A stretch of DNA of 64,000 nt from Eledone cirrhosa (Eukaryota), in NCBI GenBank assembly GCA_964016885.1, contig OZ024743.1:175894001-175958000 (forward strand), written 5' to 3'. Position 1 is the first letter of the stretch, and every line of letters starts with the position of its first letter. The translations under genes and the position numbers were made by a program. The notes below the pieces were generated by a model, which saw only the letters and a program-made list of their open reading frames with translations, searched no databases and was not told the DNA's origin. Below are positions 60,001-64,000 of this stretch, one piece after another.

Positions 60001-63000
60001 GTAACAACCCTGTAACAGTAGTAGTAGTAACAACCCTGTAACAGTAGTAATAACAGCATTAACATTAGACACAGTAGCAGTAACAACAGCAGTAGTAACA
60101 ACAACAGTAGCAGTAGTAACAACCCAGTAACAGTAGTAATAACAGCATTAACATTAGAGACAGTAGCAGTAACAACAGCAGTAGTAACAGCAACAGTAGC
60201 AGTAGTAACAACCCTGTAACAGTAGTAATAACAGCATTAACATTAGACACAGTAGCAGTAACACAGCAGTAGTAACAGCAACAGTAGCAGTAGTAACAAA
60301 CCTGTAACAGTAGTAATAACAGCATTAACATTAGACACAGTAGCAGTAACAACAGCAGTAGTAACAACAACAGTAGCAGTAGTAACAACCCTGTAACAGT
60401 AGTAATAACAGCATTAACGTTAGACACAGTAGCAGTAACAACAGCAGTAGTAACAACCCTGTAACAGTAGTAATAACAACATTAACATTAGACACAGTAG
60501 CAGTAACAACAGCAGTAGTAACAGCAACAGTAGTAGTAGTAACAACCCTGTAACAGTAGTAATAACAGCATTAACATTAGACACAGTAGCAGTAACGACA
60601 GCAGTAGTAACAACAACAGTAGTAGTAGTAACAACCCTGTAACCGTAGTAATAACAGCATTAACATTAGACACAGTAGCAGTAACAACAGCAGTAGTAAC
60701 AACAACAGTAGCAGTAGTAACAACCCTGTAACAGTAGTAATAACAGCATTAACATTAGACACACTAGCAGTAACAACAGCAGTAGTAACAGCAACAGTAG
60801 CAGTAGTAACAGCAGCAGTAACAGTAGTAATAACAGCATTAACATTAGACACAGTAGCAGTAACAACAGCAGTAGTAACAACAACTGTAGCAGTACCAAC
60901 AACCCAGTAACAGTAGTAATAACAGCATTAACATTAGACACAGTAGCAGTAACAACAGCAGTAGTAACAACAACAGTAGCAGTAGCAACAACCCTGTAAC
61001 AGTAGTAATAACAGCATTAACATTAGACACAGTAGCAGTAACAACAGCAGTAGTAGTAGTAACAACCCTGTAACAGTAGTAATAACAGCATTAACATTAG
61101 ACACAGTAGCAGTAACAACAGCAGTAGTAACAACAACAGTAGCACTACCAACAACCCAGTAACAGTAGTAATAACAGCATTGACATTAGACACAGTAGCA
61201 GTAACAACAGCAGTAGTAACAGCAACAGTAGTAGTAGTAACAACCCAGTAACAGTAGTAATAACAGCATTAACATTAGACACAGTAGCAGTAACAACAGC
61301 AGTAGTAACAGCAACAGTAGTAGTAGTAACAACCCTGTAACTGTAGTAATAACAGCATTAACATTAGACACAGTAGCAGTAACAACATCAGTAGTAACAG
61401 CAACAGTAGCAGTAGTAACAACCCAGTAACAGTAGTAATAACAGCATTAACATTAGACACAGTAGCAGTAACAACAGCAGTAGTAACAGCAACAGTAGCA
61501 GTAGTAACAACCCTGTAACAGTAGTAATAACAGCATTAACATTAGACACAGTAGCAGTAACAACAGCAGTAGTAACAGCAACAGTAGCAGTAGTAACAAC
61601 CCTGTAACAGTAGTAATAACAACATTAACATTAGACACAGTAGCAGTAACAACAGCAGTAGTAACAGCAACAGTAGCAGTAGTAACAACCCTGTAACAGT
61701 AGTAATAACAGCATTAACATTAGACACAGTAGCAGTAACAACAGCAGTAGTAACAGCAACAGTAGTAGTAGTAACAACCCTGTAACAGTAGTAGTAGTAC
61801 CAACCCTGTAACAGTAGTAATAACAGCATTAACATTAGACACAGTAGCAGTAACAACAGCAGTAGTAACAACAACAGTAGCAGTAGTAACAACCCAGTAA
61901 CTGTAGTAATAACAGCATTAACATTAGAAACAGTAGCAGTAACAACAGCAGTAGTAACAGCAACAGTAGCAGTAGTAACAACCCTGTAACAGTAGTAATA
62001 ACAGCATTAACATTAGACACAGTAGCAGTAACCACAGCAGTAGTAACAGCAACAGTAGCAGTAGTAACAACCCTGTAACAGTAGTAATATCAGCATTAAC
62101 ATTAGACACAGTAGCAGTAACAACAGCAGTAGTAACAACAACAGTAGCAGTAGTAACAACCCTGTAACAGTAGTAATAACAGCATTAACGTTAGACACAG
62201 TAGCAGTAACAACAGCAGTAGTAACAGCAACAGTAGCAGTAGTAACAACCCTGTAACAGTAGTAATAACAGCATTAACATTAGACACAGTAGCAGTAACA
62301 ACAGCAGTAGTAACAGCAACAGTAGTAGTAGTAACAACCCTGTAACAGTAGTAATAACAGCATTAACATTAGACACAGTAGCAGTAACGACAGCAGTAGT
62401 AACAACAACAGTAGTAGTAGTAACAACCCTGTAACCGTAGTAATAACAGCATTAACATTAGACACAGTAGCAGTAACAACAGCAGTAGTAACAACAACAG
62501 TAGCAGTAGTAACAACCCTGTAACAGTAGTAATAACAGCATTAACATTAGACACACTAGCAGTAACAACAGCAGTAGTAACAGCAACAGTAGCAGTAGTA
62601 ACAGCAGCAGTAACAGTAGTAATAACAGCATTAACATTAGACACAGTAGCAGTAACAACAGCAGTAGTAACAACAACAGTAGCAGTACCAACAACCCAGT
62701 AACAGTAGTAATAACAGCATTAACATTAGACACAGTAGCAGTAACAACAGCAGTAGTAACAACAACAGTAGCAGTAGCAACAACCCTGTAACAGTAGTAA
62801 TAACAGCATTAACATTAGACACAGTAGCAGTAACAACAGCAGTAGTAGTAGTAACAACCCTGTAACAGTAGTAATAACAGCATTAACATTAGACACAGTA
62901 GCAGTAACAACAGCAGTAGTAACAACAACAGTAGCACTACCAACAACCCAGTAACAGTAGTAATAACAGCATTGACATTAGACACAGTAGCAGTAACAAC

Positions 63001-64000
63001 AGCAGTAGTAACAGCAACAGTAGTAGTAGTAACAACCCAGTAACAGTAGTAATAACAGCATTAACATTAGACACAGTAGCAGTAACAACAGCAGTAGTAA
63101 CAGCAACAGTAGTAGTAGTAACAACCCTGTAACTGTAGTAATAACAGCATTAACATTAGACACAGTAGCAGTAACAACAGCAGTAGTAACAGCAACAGTA
63201 GCAGTAGTAACAACCCAGTAACAGTAGTAATAACAGCATTAACATTAGAGACAGTAGCAGTAACAACAGCAGTAGTAACAGCAACAGTAGCAGTAGTAAC
63301 AACCCTGTAACAGTAGTAATAACAGCATTAACATTAGACACAGTAGCAGTAACACAGCAGTAGTAACAGCAACAGTAGCAGTAGTAACAAACCTGTAACA
63401 GTAGTAATAACAGCATTAACATTAGACACAGTAGCAGTAACAACAGCAGTAGTAACAACAACAGTAGCAGTAGTAACAACCCTGTAACAGTAGTAATAAC
63501 AGCATTAACGTTAGACACAGTAGCAGTAACAACAGCAGTAGTAACAGCAACAGTAGCAGTAGTAACAACCCTGTAACAGTAGTAATAACAGCATTAACAT
63601 TAGACACAGTAGCAGTAACAACAGCAGTAGTAACAGCAACAGTAGTAGTAGTAACAACCCTGTAACAGTAGTAATAACAGCATTAACATTAGACACAGTA
63701 GCAGTAACGACAGCAGTAGTAACAACAACAGTAGTAGTAGTAACAACCCTGTAACCGTAGTAATAACAGCATTAACATTAGACACAGTAGCAGTAACAAC
63801 AGCAGTAGTAACAACAACAGTAGCAGTAGTAACAACCCTGTAACAGTAGTAATAACAGCATTAACATTAGACACACTAGCAGTAACAACAGCAGTAGTAA
63901 CAGCAACAGTAGCAGTAGTAACAGCAGCAGTAACAGTAGTAATAACAGCATTAACATTAGACACAGTAGCAGTAACAACAGCAGTAGTAACAGCAACATT
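51080..64000. repeat. 89-bp (occasionally 90-bp) tandem satellite, >12.9 kb, running off the window end
   Basis: Unit acagtagcagtaacaacagcagtagtaacagcaacagtagcagtagtaacaacccagtaacagtagtaataacagcattaacattagac; the ORF track repeats every 89 bp. Confidence 0.97.

Noticed and set aside
51209-63999. Repeated MSNVNAVITTVT/poly-Leu ORFs suggesting a mucin-like protein
   Set aside because: Most units are 89 bp, so the frame shifts every unit. Only the rare 90-bp units stay in frame, and the ORFs begin at GTG/TTG rather than ATG.

Overview
AT-rich animal DNA dominated by microsatellites. The SINE families resemble those of octopus/cephalopod genomes (inference). I see no confidently supported host gene. 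Most ORFs in the track are translations of (TA)n, (CA)n, (GAAAAAA)n or an 89-bp satellite. The real coding relics are decayed transposons: a near full-length Neptune-type Penelope-like element (PLE) at ~1-4.6 kb, two Hydra-type PLE RT relics (32.2-35.2 kb, 44.9-46.2 kb), three GIY-YIG fragments, a Buster/Charlie hAT transposase (26.5-28.8 kb) and an internally deleted Helitron (38.6-40 kb). The last 13 kb is an 89/90-bp satellite with higher-order structure. The main unexpected signal is at the RNA level. Most non-microsatellite islands inserted in (TA)n tracts between 4 and 47 kb carry a type I hammerhead ribozyme (HHR) motif. I count about 39 by eye, including degenerate copies, from at least ten sequence families. 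They include canonical CUGANGA cores, compensatory U3-A8 cores (UUGANAA), C4 cores (CCGANGA) and forms with a long helix II insert. They sit mostly in fold-back elements and in a ~520-590-bp tandem retrozyme-like array with one HHR per complete unit. All structures were paired by hand and none were computed or assayed.
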